Below, piece after piece: positions 21,871 through 35,944 of a DNA stretch of 64,000 bases (position 1 is the first letter of the stretch; each line of letters starts with the position of its first letter). The position numbers and the translations under genes are program-made. The stretch comes from Vezdaea acicularis (taxonomy: Eukaryota), in the NCBI GenBank assembly GCA_026025075.1, contig JAPEUI010000089.1:1-64000 (forward strand), read 5' to 3'. The notes under the pieces are model-generated. The model did not search any database, was not told the DNA's origin, and saw nothing but the letters and a program-made list of their open reading frames with translations.

Positions 21871-24800
21871 TTAACCATATCTAGCAGGTCTGGTGCTATA
21901 TCTTGGGGGGCTGGTCTCGTACACTGGCATATTCGTGTCGTAAACGGCGCCACGTTCGACATATACTGGTTGCATTGCAGGTTCTACAGGACGTTCGATG
22001 ACGTACGCGGCACGCCGTTGTTCAGCTAGAGCCGGTACTCGGACAAACTCTTGAGGATAAGCTCGCTCCCTAGGACCATAGCTGCGCTCATCTTGATATC
22101 TTGCCGGCTCCTTAAGATATTGCCTCAAATCTTCGCCTCCTCCGGTAGTTGGTATGGATCGAGGAGACCGAGTACGATAGTTAGGAATGGTGGAGATTGG
22201 GCCATGTCGGAGTGGCGACCCTGGTTGTTGGTACACAGTCCCATAGGAACGGGCTGGGGAACGAGATCGGGTACGGACAGTACTCTCTCGTCGAGGATGT
22301 TGCTGTGTTCTTTTACCAGGGGCAGCACGTGGATCACCAGATCGGTCCTCATAGACCCAGGTTCCTTGTCCCGAGTCATGCCTGGAATGACGGTTCTCAA
22401 CGACGCCGAGCTGTCTCTCATCTAATCGGGAGGGACGGGTGTGATACAAGTATTGACCTTCGGTCCCGTACTCTTGAGTCGAAAGCATCGCCGTAGGAGT
22501 CTCGGCTCTGCCTTCCCACGAACCAGACTGCAACCGATTCATAGGTGTTCCACGAACGCTAATTTCATCGCCTCTATCTCTTCGATTGTCGTACGGATCA
22601 ACAGAGATCCGTCCGCTCCTCTTGACGGCATCCTGATTCATTGACCACTCTGGACGCGCATGGAGTTCCGTGGCTAGCCGCCCACGCTCCATTACCGTTT
22701 CATGACGACCTTGAGGTTGTTCATCACCAAGGCGTTGCAAGAATTGATCAGCAAGCGCAGCCTCTGGAGCTTGGTTCTCTATCGCGCCCCTCCTCGACAT
22801 AGAAGGGCCCACTTCGCCATCCTCAGAGCCTTCTTCTCCAGCTGCCCGTCCAGGAGCCTGTGCTTTATCTGGTCGAGCACCATGATCGTATTGAGGGTGT
22901 AAGCTCGGACGAGATGGATCATATTGATCGTCATCAAACTTAAGAAAAGCTTGATGAGCATCAGGAAAGTTGCCAGACTTCTCTCGTCGACGAGAAGTAG
23001 CGCCTTGGGTATTATGTTTGCGCGGTGTCAACGCAACACCAAGATCCTCGGATTTGACAGACGCAAATTGCTCCGAGCGCAGGGTCCCCCGTGAGGTAGA
23101 ACGGTCCACCGGACTCGTTTGCACAGGTGCATCGCCTCCAGCTGCAGGAATCGACCTCATACTGTTAGAACCACCGAGCGTGGGCAATGGCCTGGGGAAG
23201 GTCCCGGGGAAAGCCCCGTCAATGAGTTTCAACGTGTTGTCATCCATACCTCGAGCGTGAATCAAGTCGCGGATGGCCTCAAAGGCTGGAAGAAAGATCA
23301 TGTCTCTCGTCCAGTCAAGCGAGAGTTGTGCTTGACGAACCAAGGGATGATCGACATGCATCGACTTGAAATGGTCGAGCAAAGCTAGAAGCGTGTATGC
23401 TCTCCCTGGTCTAGCAGAAGGAACATGACCATAATGATATTCATCGGACTTAAGAACATCGTTAGTCATGCAAGTTTTGCAGACTAGTTCCGTGGTATCA
23501 TTCAGTGGCCTCAGATCCGGATGATATTTCAACCCTTCAACGAAAACGTCCAGGCTAAGGTTGGATCGAACTTTAGTTTTGTAGTTAGCCGCCACGTGAT
23601 GGATGAGGGTAAAGATCCGAACATTATCCGGAAGATTCCTGACTTTGCCAGTGTCAAACCAGATGTCTTTAGCCGTACCGGCCATTTCCTTCATGGCTAT
23701 TGACTCCCGAACGCGCCTTTCAGGAGTGTCGCGGTCTTCCGGAGGAAATTGAGGTTGGTTTGGTCCGATGGGCCCCGCCAGGGGTCCGTGCTGGTACGGC
23801 TGTTGAAAAGACTGGTTGGAACCGGTGTTCTGACCATATGGCTGAACAAAAGATCCGTTCCCGGAAGAGTTCATGAGCCTCGGATCTTGTAACGGGGCAG
23901 GATACGGTTGGCCTGGATGAGGAGAGGAAATAGCTGGAGGTGGAGGCTGAAACGGGGGTCCGCTGGGATAAGGCGTTGCTCGGGTATTGTAGGCACCTGG
24001 ACCGTAATTGTGTGGAAGAGGAGGGCGACCATACGTTTGACTAGAACCTGGATACGGTTGAGAAGGACCACGATAACCTTGGGGAGGTCTGTACGGGCCT
24101 TGCTGGCCTGTTGGATAAGCCCCAGGATACTGAGGAAAAGGCGGCGGATTGCCATATTGCCCTGGAACTCCGGTGAATACTGGATACGGCGCTGGGCCAG
24201 AAGTTTGCGGATATCCACCAAATGCATACATCCCATGTGGTGGCGGAGGTACTTCATATGGCTGACCATATTCTTGTCTTTCGACTCTAGGACGACCTCG
24301 AGATGATTCTTCCACCGGGCGAGGATGAAACGGAGGGGATTCCGGCCATTCCGCTCGCCAATGAACAACAATACTACCAAGGCTGAGGGCATTTGTGTGC
24401 TTAGCAGCAAAGTGCTGTACGACTCCCTCGAAACCATAGAACTTGGTCAGATTTCCACAATCGTGGCAGAGGAATAATTCTTTCTTGTGAGTCTCGGTAA
24501 GTCCCTTAATTTTCTCATCGAAAACCCACTTCATATTCTCCAGTATCAGTTTTCGAGTTGGGGGTCTACCATCAACGTCGGCTTTTGGTACCTCGTTCCT
24601 CTCATATGCTTCACGATCCTCTTTCCTAATATCGTCGTAGAATCTCTTTCGGACATGCAACAGAGCTGCGGCTGCGAAGTCTGGACAATTCAGCCTGGTT
24701 ACTAATGTGCCGCCTCCCCACTCTTCTGCGATGAATTCGTCGGCATAGGCACCTAAACGCTCACGAATCGGTAATTGAGCTTGATCCCATTCTTCATCAT

Positions 24801-26707
24801 CGATCTCTCTGGCCTGCCTTGCGGCTTCTTCCAATCTTCGCCTTTCAGCGATTCTTCTCTCGTTTATCTGATCTTGTTCAGCTTGCTCTGCAGCTCGTGC
24901 TTCGCCCATCGGTCGCTGCGGTATCAGTCGGTCCTTGAGACTTTCCCACGCTTTATCATCCATAGGCAGCGGTATCTGTAACGCTGCTTGGAAAGCGTCT
25001 AGATGTATAAGCACGTTTCCAGGAATCGGAGGATCGAGGAGAAGACATCTTCTCTCGATTTCTTCCTTACGCTGGGCCTTGATGAGATTGGATCTCTGTT
25101 GAGTACGTTGCTCAGGCGGTGGGTGTCGATAGAAGCTTGTTGGAGGCAGAGCAGGGTTTGGAAACACAGCTAAACGTGGGGTGGGTCAGGGAATGAAGAA
25201 GACAAAACGGCAGAAAAACGACTTACGACCTATTGATTGGCTTAGCCCCGGTTCGGACTTCACGACTGCGAGGTTTGGGGTACCATTTCCTGCGAACGAA
25301 GGGCCAAAGCCAACATCGAACGCAGCTGGGTTGTGCAAGCTATTATCGCTTCCCCGATGGAAATTCTCGATTGACGGCCGCTCTGACTTTATGTGCATTT
25401 CGGTTGAGTTATTGGCAAATTGACTAGGAAGACCTAGCTGTCTCCATCCGCCATGCTCTTCCCACTTGACCCATTTGTCATAGTCGATCTGCCAGTCTAA
25501 CATCTCGAGTGTGCTTCGTTCAGCTAAAGTCTCCTGAAGACGCCACCACGCCTTTCTTCTTTCCTCACTGAGGGCCTTTTGTTCTTCCATCTCTATCTCA
25601 TAACCCTTCATGTCATTTTGGAGGAAGCGCTTTCTCAACTGAATATTTGACGGCAGTGACACGGTACGCAGGGCATTGGGCATTACAACATTCATATCTG
25701 GTGTTGCGAAGACGAAGGGAAGTATTGAGTTGGCGAGATGAGGCAACGATGACAGAAACAGCTCATCTTCCTATATCGACAATATCAAGATATCATTCAT
25801 GTGGTATAGGACCGGACTAACATACCTGTGCAGTTTTCTCCCCGAAGCAAGGCCCACAGCAACGTATTGCAAACGGCCAAATTGTACGAACGTCGTCAGT
25901 TCCAGGACCAGCTTCCCATGGCTTGTTGCTTGGCTTAATCTCTCTAGAGGACGGCTCCTTTCCACAAAATTGACAGTTGATACGATACAGGAGACGCCAC
26001 ATCTTCCATTCCGGGAATCCCGCCACAGCTTCGGGCATGCCCGGGAAATGTAACCTCCTTGAGGCTTTCCACACCGAATTGGGCTCCAGGAGGCGAAGAA
26101 GTTTACCACAAGAAAATGCGTACTCCGTCCCTCTGATCTTGATAGAGCACTCAACGTGTTTTGGGAGTGTTGGAAAACCCCATTCGAGGTCTTCCACTGA
26201 TCTCCTAGGAGATACATAGGCCCTGAAGTTTCTACAGGTCCAGAGTAGTCGAGCGAGTGTCTTAGGGTCCAGGTACTTGAAAATGGCTTGCCACATCTCC
26301 GCAGGAAGTAAGGACTTGTCAAGTGGCATCTCCTTATCTTTACCGAATTCATCTTTGGAGTCATTTGGCGTCATTGACCGCCTTTGACGTTTTTCCATCC
26401 GCCGATCCTCTTCAGGTGAAGTTTCACGACTAACATTGTGAAAACTCGTTCGTTCATCTTTAACACGCTTATCATCGTCCACAGATTGGGGGGAGTACTC
26501 GATGGAATCTTGCAACTCGCCGCGTTTCCGCTTTGGATGCAAGGCAACCTCAGCAGAAGAAGAATCAGCAGATACATTGGATGCTTCGGCTTGGTCTAAA
26601 GACGGGCCGTTGAGCTCTGTCATCGTGCTTATCCTAATGCTCTCATTGTCATTCAATGGTGAAGGGTTACCTCGCGGTCTCCCTTTTTTCTTAGCCTTTG
26701 GGGCCAT
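21871..26707 (-). CDS. Large F-box-domain protein with C2H2-like motifs and Pro/Gln-rich regions
   Basis: F-box-like LPAEMWQAIFKYLDPKTLARLLWTCRNF, CQFC...RCCGPC and CHDC...VVQHFAAKH. Three ORFs joined by introns at about 25771-25825 and 25170-25225. Confidence 0.85.
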
Positions 26708-27342
26708 GACGGAGACAACAATAAAACCGCATAAACGATCGAAGAAGGGTTGAGCTTTGATTCAGGTAAACAGTATCGCAGTAGAGACTTGAAGTTTGGG
26801 ATTGTCAACGAAGAAGAGAAGTGATCAGACACGATCAAAAGAACGTGCACAAGAGGTGATTAACAGAAAGTGAGGCGGCAGGAAACGCGAGCTGCAGCAG
26901 AACACGCTAGGCGGAATAGCTCCCAGCAGCTGTGTGGGCCCCAGGATTTTTTTCGTTTCGTTTATACCTGCTGTTAAGCCAAAAGGGATCACGTGTATGA
27001 CTATCGTCGGTGTTTAGAATTAGATGTTAATCACGTGCGAGGCTATCTCCACTAGATTCACTGTGATGCAGTGTGAGAGAAGTTGGTTTTCCCTTGATTA
27101 AAAAGGGGTCAGGTAGGATTCAATTCTTGCTTGGTTCTCTGAGCTATTTCGATGAGGTTCAGGGTCGCACTTGTTGGACGTTACAGCGGTTGAGTCTGAT
27201 GGTAACTTGGCTATTAGGCGGAGCAAGCTCTACCAGTGGTTTCTTACCGACCGTTGTAGGTGAGTTTAGCCGCCAACATCGGCATTGCGTAACCCACGAT
27301 CTTTGTACGGGGCCGCTTTGTCAAGAAGCTCTTTCCTTCAAC

Positions 27343-29336
27343 ATGTCATATAATCGATCGATCGCAGATGATGATGATGGATGGGGGGATGATGCCCCCC
27401 AAGTGACAAGATCAGAATTAGAAAAGGTCCCCACGGCTTATAGACCCACCAAGGTCAACATGTCAGCCTTGATGAACTCAAAACCAGAAACCTCTCGTTC
27501 TGAGCCTAACACTGTGCCTTATCTTCCCTCTACAAAGAACGAAGGTGAAGGTGAAGGTGATAAAGAGGTCATCAAAGGAGTGTACCAACCTATAGGAAAG
27601 GTCGATATAGCTGCCATACGCCGACAAGCCCAGAGCTCGTCCACAGGAGCAGACGACCGGCCAACAGTCACTAAAGGCGCCTATGAGCCTGTGGGAAAGG
27701 TCGATATCGCAGCGATCAGGGCGCGAGCTCAGCCTAGGCCGTCTAATGATGGAACGTCTCAACCAAGCAGCACATCTCCTGCAATCACCGGACGATCTGG
27801 TCAGACTGCGGACAATGAAGGCACGCCAAAATCGCTCGCAGAGAGATCGAATGCCTTTATACAATCCGAACGACTCACTTCACTTCCTAAACCCAAAGTC
27901 GCCAAGAAATTCAGTGGTGCTTCGTCCTTCACCGGCACGACCGCGCCATTGCCTGGAGCGTTCGGTCTGGTCTCAAAACCTACGCCTGCTTCTCCAGCAG
28001 TAGGCGCAGCCAGCAGGACTTTCGCAGATCAAGGTGGAAAAACGCCAGCTCAGATCTGGGCTGAGAAGAAGGCAAGGGAGCGCGGAGTTAGCGGGGCCAG
28101 CGACAATCCTCCTTCTGGCATTAGCGCATCTCCTATCAATCCGCAGACAAGCGGAGGGGGGGAGTGGAAGAGTGGCTACAGTGGCAAGTCTTGGGCCCCG
28201 GTACAGACTACACGTACGGGGCAATCGGCAACTAGTAGCATTGGACAACAACGGACGGGCGAGCAAGAGCCACAACAAGACGAGGCGCCCTCCTCCCCAG
28301 CCGGTGGAATCAGCGCTATCCGTGATCGGTTCAAGGGCGCGCCTCCCATGGGCGCTCCCCCTATGTCAGCAACACCCTCAGGGAATCGCTCGGCGCCGAG
28401 TCCTCCACCCCTGGATACAGCTAGCAAACCCAACGCAGGAGGCCGCGCCATACCAGGCCTACCTATCCGGGGTGCAGCCCCCGTAGACCAGGATGAGGAC
28501 CCCGCCCGGAGCATACCTACCCCTCCAATCGTCCCCCGCAGCCCTACACCGCCAACCCCAACTCTCCGCTCTAGTTCCCCAATCCGTGTTGCCATGCCCG
28601 TCAGTCGAGGCAGCGAAGCCGCAGCCCCTGTTTCACCGCCAGTAGAACGCCTCTCGTCTCCTCCGGTTCCAGCAAACGCAATGGCAAGGGGCATCCCACA
28701 CGAAGACGATCTCACGGAAGAACCCACAGGGCACGAACCTGCACGTGGGGCGGGCGCCGCTGCTGCTGCTGCGACTTTTGGGCACACGCACGAGGCTGTT
28801 GCCCCAACGGGAGATGCTGGCGTTGGGGGGAAGAAAGCGATCGTGCATTATGACTACGAGAAGGCAGAAGACAACGAGATTGAGCTGGTCGAAGGGCAGT
28901 ACGTTACGAACATCGATATGGTAGATACAGATTGGTGGATGGGTACCAATTCCAAGGGCGATACTGGATTGTTTCCAAGCAACTACGTGGAACTTGTCGA
29001 GCACGAGGAGGAACCTACTCCAGCACCACAGGCAAGTCATCAGGCAGCGGCGCCGCCACTTACTGCTCCTGCTGCAGCTACTTCAAAAAGCAACGGCGTG
29101 ACAGCCACTGCGCTCTATGACTATGAAGCCGCGGAGGAGAATGAGCTCGCTTTCCCAGATGGGGCAAAGATTACGGAGGTGGTAAGTGCATTCCAGACAT
29201 GCTTTGTCCATCGTCGATATGTCTCGTCATAATTAACTGTCAGATGCAGGAGTTCCCCGATGAGGATTGGTGGATGGGCGTCTACAAAGGCAAGCAAGGG
29301 TTGTTTCCCGCCAATTATGTGCAATTGGATGATTGA
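27343..29336 (+). CDS. ABP1: Actin-binding protein Abp1/AbpA-like (two C-terminal SH3 domains), no ADF-H domain seen
   Basis: CAACATG start; DDDGWG.DAP.VTR.ELEKV..AY.PTKVN, repeated Y.P.GKVDIAAIR, GGKTPAQIWAEKKA and two SH3 domains (YDYEKAEDNEIEL...WW...GLFPSNYV). Intron at 29182-29249. Confidence 0.88.
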
Positions 29337-30317
29337 GGGTGTGCAAGGGCACCCATCATTATCAGATAGTATCCAAAAGAACGTTGGTATCTTTGTAGCT
29401 ACTAAAGATCTGACAACCATGAATATCACCCTTACGACCCACGTGATGCGTGATGCGTGTGTACCGTTCATCCACCTTCATTGCGTGGACGGTCATCAGC
29501 GCAGCTCAGGATCCTGCGGACGGCTTGCACACGGTTCCCCGTTGCCTCCATGACGCGAAGTTGGGATAAGCAAGCCAGGCACGCCAGGCCTCTGCCGAGC
29601 CCCTGAAACTTGGTCCCAAGCTGGTTGCGTCAACCCATCAAACGGTGCTCGAAACCAAGTCTCACCTGAAGGAAGAGTTGTTTCTGACGACAGGCAATTG
29701 AAATAGGAATCGCTCAGATAGTCTTATCAACACATACGACGGTTTGAACTCCGGCCGTATACTCGCGGTAGGGAGCTGTTGCTGCGACGGTAGCGGAGTG
29801 GCCATGCACACCGATGCAAGCTGGCTTAACACAATCAACATAGAAGGAGTACAACATACTCGCCAGTCGGGCTTAGAATAGGGTCTCAGGAAGCGTTTGA
29901 TGACAAGAGAGGACCTTAAAGTCTGGGTCGTGACGTACGTCGTCGGACGTTGAAGTATCAAGATCGAGGCATATGCACGAGCGAAGGACCGCTGCTACGC
30001 CGCAAGAAATCTTTAGCCGCCAGGTATCTGCAAAATACTGAGCGGTTCAAGTGCGATGATTAGAGAATAGAATGGCTCAGTTCTGAAGGCACATCGGGTT
30101 GGTTGTCCAGATGCTCAGGAGGTCGCTTACAGGATATCACGCAAAGCCTTTGCCTACATGAATATGGTAAGAGATCAAATCCCGAAGCGGTGGAGATCCG
30201 GTCTCTAGGCTATCCCAGGAAATGCACGCCTCTTCTATCTTTCGCAAGGGTACTCGTAGCTACGACGCGCTCGATTGATGTCGGCACTCACATGTGATTA
30301 ACGGACCAAGCGCCCTT

Positions 30318-30582
30318 CGAAGCCGTCGACAAAATTGATGGCGCACTAAATGGGGGCTCCCCCATAGGTAAATGCTTCACACATAAAACGACCCTGGCAG
30401 GCCGCGGATATAACCTGTAGTATAAGAATCTAACAAGAGTAATGGCGTAGTACTGTTGAGCTAATACTAAGAATAATCATTGTTGATTGCCGACGATGTC
30501 GAAATTGCTGAAAGTAAGGCATGCCGATGGGTAAACATGCCCTCTATTCGCTTATGCGCCATCAGATTTGTCCCCCGCTTCG
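30318..30582 (+). mobile_element. MITE-like element, copy A (265 bp)
   Basis: Imperfect ~28-bp TIR (CGAAGCCGTCGACAAAATTGATGGCGCA ... TGCGCCATCAGATTTGTCCCCCGCTTCG), no coding capacity, homologous to copies B-D. Confidence 0.85.
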
Positions 30583-31662
30583 CTTTGATTACAGGCCATG
30601 TAGCCGTTTGGAGCGCGCTCCCAATGGGCAGTTGAGAGGGCGAGGACGTGTGGGAGTCGACGTGCGGGTCCTGTGGCACGCTTGGCGGGCCAGGGCTTCA
30701 TTGTAGCGGACGAACCCCTGCATCAAAAGGGGGGGGCAGGGCCGGGGCTATAGGGCTAGCGGGATCCGCAAGCCCCCACCCGAACCCACTCAGGGCCGCC
30801 CAGCTCGTCGTCAAAGTCCGAAAGAGAAACGAGCGGCGAACGGGTGGGCGCGTCGCTCCAGACGTCGAACCGAACATCTCGAGAAAGGGGCTCAAATCAG
30901 GACCAATGATAGCTGGCTCACGTGCTTGACGGCGAACCCATACACCAAAGTAGTTAGAAATCCTCAGAGTAGTCAGGGGAGCCGCGCGAACGCATGCTTC
31001 CATTTCTGAAACGACCACGAGGATTTGTCGAGAGGTTTAAGCGAATGACGTTGGGGGTGCCTGGCGTGCCTGGCCCGAAGGGAAAATATCGGCACTCAAA
31101 GGTCCCACTCGACTCCACTTGAGTGTTGAACGGCGGCATGGACGTCATCGTGCCGTCCAATCAGGACCTGGCGGTGGAAGCACTTGATGGTCCGCTATAT
31201 GAGCGGCAATTGCTCTGCTTCGTTCCTCAAGCATTCGGTGGTTGAGATCAAAGCAAGGCGCTCCTCAAAAGCTTGTACCCGTTCCATCCGAAGACGATCG
31301 ACACGCCGCGCGCTGCTCCTTCTTTGTTTCTTTCTTTCTCTCTTCACTACCTGCATCCTCCTGTCTCTTTGTGTGCTAAGCTCCGTTGCACGTTGCACGT
31401 GCTTGTGAAGTATCACTCTTTTCCTTCGTCCACCTTCACGCCAGCATTGAAAGCTCCTCTATCTCGACGACTGCGCGAGCACTTCGACATTCATTCGCCC
31501 AAACTCTTTTTCCCATAAGCTCAACCATTCCCTTCTCAATTGGGGGCTCTGGAATCAACAATCGACACCATCTTCCAAATGTCTTACAATTAGCTGCACA
31601 GTTTTGGACTGAACACTACAGTTGTTCCTGCATAGTTACCCTCTGGCCGTTGACGGTCCTCG

Positions 31663-34600
31663 ATGTCTACGCTGTTGAATGACGCGACGCCCCCTCCTGA
31701 GAAAGTCTCTGCTGAGAGCTCGAGACGATCTTCTGATGGGGAGGGGACTGTTGTCGGCGAACCAGTCCGTTGTGAAGAAAACAACAATCTCACAGTTCAT
31801 CCCACCGACGATTCGAAGCACTTTGAGAATGGACAACCGCACAAGTCACCTTCCCAAACTCGGGAGGAAAGCTCACGCTTCGAAGACGATTTGGAGATGC
31901 TCAGAGCAGAAAGAATCGTATCTGACAGGAACGTACAAGGTGATTCGGATGGGCTGGAACCCAGCAGGTCTCGCTCTATGCATCGATCCAGATCACACCG
32001 GTCAGACCCAGTTGACGAGTTCGATGTTGCCACGAACCCTATTCATGAGAAGGCCGCAATTTACAAACTACCAGAACATCCTTCAACCAACTTCGCGAAA
32101 TTTGTGAAGAAGATTCATGGCTCAAGTTTCCTTGTGCGGTACTTCACATACATCATTCCACCAGTCCTCGTCATTTTGTTACCGCTCCTTCTAGGGGTCT
32201 TTCTCTTCCCCAGAGCAAGCGTAGGAGGCGTAAGGCTCATGTGGTTCTGTATTTGGCTTGAGATTGTTTGGTTAACTCTATGGCTTGGACGTGTAAGTCA
32301 ACACCACCCTTACAGTACGGCCTAAAATCTTGCTCAAAGCCTATAGATCATAGCAAAGGCTCTACCTCACCCGATTGGGCTCATCTCCAGTCTGTTCACC
32401 AACAACAGTAAGAAGTGGCGAGACTTAGGAAAGCAGCTTGAGATCCCCGCCACGATGTTCTTCTGGTGGCTCGCTGTAGAGATCTCCTTCCTCCCAACGA
32501 TGAACAATCATCACGTAGATGGTGACAAGAGAACGCTTCCATGGGAAATCACGGTCAATAAAATCATCATCTCCGTGTTTGTCGGAGTCATACTCAACTT
32601 CTGCGAGAAAATAATTATACAGCTCATCGCCATCAGCTTCCATCTACGGACCTACGCCGATCGAATTGACATGAATAAATTCCAAATCGGGAGCCTGACT
32701 AAACTCTATTCGTTCTCGAAAGGGAAGATTGCCATGGACGATTCTGAATTCGAAGAGGCACAGACGGCTCCCTCCTCTGGAGCCCGGACTCCCATGGCAT
32801 ACATCAATATCGCTCAAAAAAAGGGTCGGGAGGCGGTAACGAAGGTTGGGGACGTCGCTGGGAAGGTATGACTTCCAAAGCTGGTCCCCCAAAATGATGC
32901 TGATTCATCTTCAGGTTGCCGGTGACTTTGCCGGAAGAGCCGCAGTTCAAAGTACTCATCCCCACCAAGTGGTCCTCACGCTCTTGAGCACTACGGCCGG
33001 GAGCCAAGTGCTCGCGCGCCGCCTATATCGGACTTTCGCTCGAGAAGAGACAGAGACTGTCTTTTCGGATGACCTGAAGGACGCTTTCGACAACGAGGAA
33101 GAGGCAGAAGCCGCCTTCCAAATGTTCGATAAGGACCTTAACGGTGACATCTCAATGGAAGAGTTGGAGGCTGTGTGTGCGGAGATCGGTCGAGAGCGAA
33201 AATCGATCACAGCATCACTCAAGGACTTAGATTCGGTCGTCTCAAAGCTAAACGATGTTCTTGTCTTCGCCATCTGCATCGTCACCCTTCTCGTTTTTCT
33301 CTCGCTCATATCGACGTCTGCAGCGGGTGTCCTAACATCTGCTGGCTCTACAATCTTGGCTCTATCCTGGCTCTTCTCCGCCACCGCTCAAGAGTTCCTC
33401 CAGTCCTGTATATTCGTCTTCGTGAAGCACCCCTTCGACGTCGGCGATCGCGTCTCGATCTACGGCAATACTGGTGCAAATCTAAAAGGGGACGATTATA
33501 TGGTCAAGGAAATTGCCTTACTCTATACAGAGTTCAAGAAGCTGGAAGGGCATGTCGTGCAGGCACCAAACAGCTATTTGAATACCCTCTTTGTGCTGAA
33601 TCAGCGTCGTAGTGGCGGGTTAGCGGAAGCAATCCCCATCGTCATGAAGTTTGGAACAACTATGGACCAAATGGAGGCGCTACGAATTCGATTGCTCGAG
33701 TTCGTGACGGCCGAAAAGCGTGAATATCAACCACAGATCCTAACCGAGCTAAGGGAGGTCCTCGAAGCCCACTCGATCACTATGAATGTTGTCTTCTTCT
33801 ACAAAAGCAATTGGCAAAATGAGCTTCTTCGCATACAACGCCGCAACAAGTTCATGTGTACTCTAATGGTAACTATGCAAGATCTAGGAATTGAGGGCCC
33901 GCGCATGCGTTACCCAGGTCAAAAGGAAGCAAGCCCTGTCTATCTGCAAAATTTACCTCCATCCGCTACTACCACCGCCCCACATTCCGATAATGGTCCT
34001 CTTGGTCAGGATCCACCTGCCGAGTCAGAAAATGGTACTGTACCTAGTATGCGAAGCCAACAAAGCATACTGAGGAGACGTGGAGTGGGGCGTGGTGATG
34101 GCCCCGCTTCCATGTCAAGACGTGTCGACTTCAGCCTTGGAATGCGGGACATTGCGGCTGGCAATTTTCTTGGGGACATCGATGAAGAACGCCCGAAGCC
34201 TCGAATACCAGTACGAAGTTTGTCGTCTTCTTCTCGCAGACGCTCTTCGCGAGATGGCCAGGAAAGCTTTGGTTTAGCTAGAACGACCTCAAGAGATGCA
34301 GCAGGGTATGAGCTTGATTCTCGAACAAGCCTAGATTCTCAGTCTCGACTAAAGAGCGCTCACAGCGTCCATCGCAATCGGTTCTTTGGGCGCTTGCAAA
34401 GATCTTCCAGCATTGATCTTGGTGAGGATCTGGAGTGCGGTACTCTTGCTGATATACCCGAACGGCCTCCAAGACCATCTGCTCACATTGATCCTCGGAC
34501 TGGCCTCATCAGCCCACAAGCCGTCTATTCAAACAGCAGAAACGAGATACCATTAGCAGGTAGAGGTGTGTCACTAGAGCAGGTTGCGAGTCAAGGAAAT

Positions 34601-34699
34601 GGAGTCGTGGAAAGCGAGGTGAGCAATGATTGCGTCAACCCAGCTGATGGGACGTCCAGGATCGCGGAGACATTCGAGATGGGAAGATTGGGAAGTTAG
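31663..34699 (+). CDS. MscS-like mechanosensitive channel with EF-hand (Msy1/Msy2 family)
   Basis: TM helices, EF-hand [31 protein letters not shown] and QAPNSYLN. Introns at 32293-32346 and 32866-32914. Confidence 0.93.
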
Positions 34700-34985
34700 C
34701 ATATAGAGTATTGCATGATAAGTTTCTTTGTCTGCATTACCAAGGTCTTAGACTTTCATAGACTCTTTTAGAGGGGAGGTTAAGCATTTGCGAGCGGGCC
34801 ATCAAATTAGAGTAGATTTAGATTAGACTAGAGCAGATTACCTGCCGTTTTGAGTTGTTGATCAACTCGAGCATTCGCCGGTATCAAAAGGATCACATCT
34901 CAAGACAAACTTGATTCAAAGTTCATAATACAGCGATGAGAAATGCTTGAAAGAAAGGAGGCGTGAACTCGTATTATTTACCGTT

Positions 34986-35265
34986 CGGAGATGTGGTCAA
35001 AATTGATGGCGCATTATATGGGGGTTCCCCCATTGCTAATTGCTAAATGCTTCACACTCGAAAATAGAAAATGGCCCTGCCAGGCCGTGGGTATAAACCG
35101 GAGCATCATAGTCTAACAAGAGTAAAAGCGCAGTACTATCGAGCTCATGCTAAGAACAATCATCATCAATTGCCTACGATCTTGGTACTACTAAGAGCAA
35201 CGTATACTGATAAGTTAACATGCCCATCGTTCGCTTATGCACCATCATTTTCGTCAACCGCTTCG
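34986..35265 (+). mobile_element. MITE-like element, copy B (280 bp)
   Basis: Same TIRs (GTCAAAATTGATGGCGCA ... TGCACCATCATTTTCGTCAACCGCTTCG) and internal blocks (GGGGGTTCCCCC, GCCCTGCCAGGCC, TCTAACAAGAGT, AGTACT). Confidence 0.85.
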
Positions 35266-35944
35266 GTTCTCAGTCCACAAAGACTCCCATTGTCCGGATT
35301 GAATTTTGGCTTCGACACGTGGTCATTAAATTGTCCGCAGAAATTACCATCTCGTGCTTCCAGACTTGATCATGCAACTAGAAGTGGTTTTTGAATCTAG
35401 CGCGTGCTTTTCATAGGAATACTGCTTTAAGCGGTATTCCACTGATGCTCTTCAAGATGAATTGCGATACCTACATCGTCTGTAAGATCGCTCCGGATTC
35501 AATCGAAAGCGTTCAGGATTTGAGCACATGCCCATTAATTAATGGGTCTTATGATTGTGATGGTATAGACGTGGCTCGAGTACCACTAGACATATTAGCG
35601 TGTTTGGCACTGGCGACAACGCCAACTCACAAGGAAAAATAGCAGCAACACTGAGAAATATAGACTGCGCTACGATAGCCTCAGAGCAATACGGGTATCG
35701 GCTATGGCTAGTCCGGCCATAGGCGGTTGGGCACATCCTTATGTTCGACAAATACTCAAGAGCTGGTGACTTGTTTATCAGTCCAAGTCATGTGGTAGAT
35801 TGTCTGTGCACGGGGGTCTCATCCTCCTATGCGGCACTTACTTATCTGCCCTGTGAGAATAAAGGTGATGGCAATCGCCACCGCCACGGGATGGCTGAGC
35901 TTCTCCCATTCTACAATTTCCCGATTTGCTGCAACAAATCGACG

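Noticed and set aside
27073..27342. Upstream open frame of ABP1 as an ADF-H remnant (contains SGRIQF)
   Set aside because: No ATG start, only a five-residue resemblance, and the other ADF-H motifs are absent or wrongly spaced. Likely chance.
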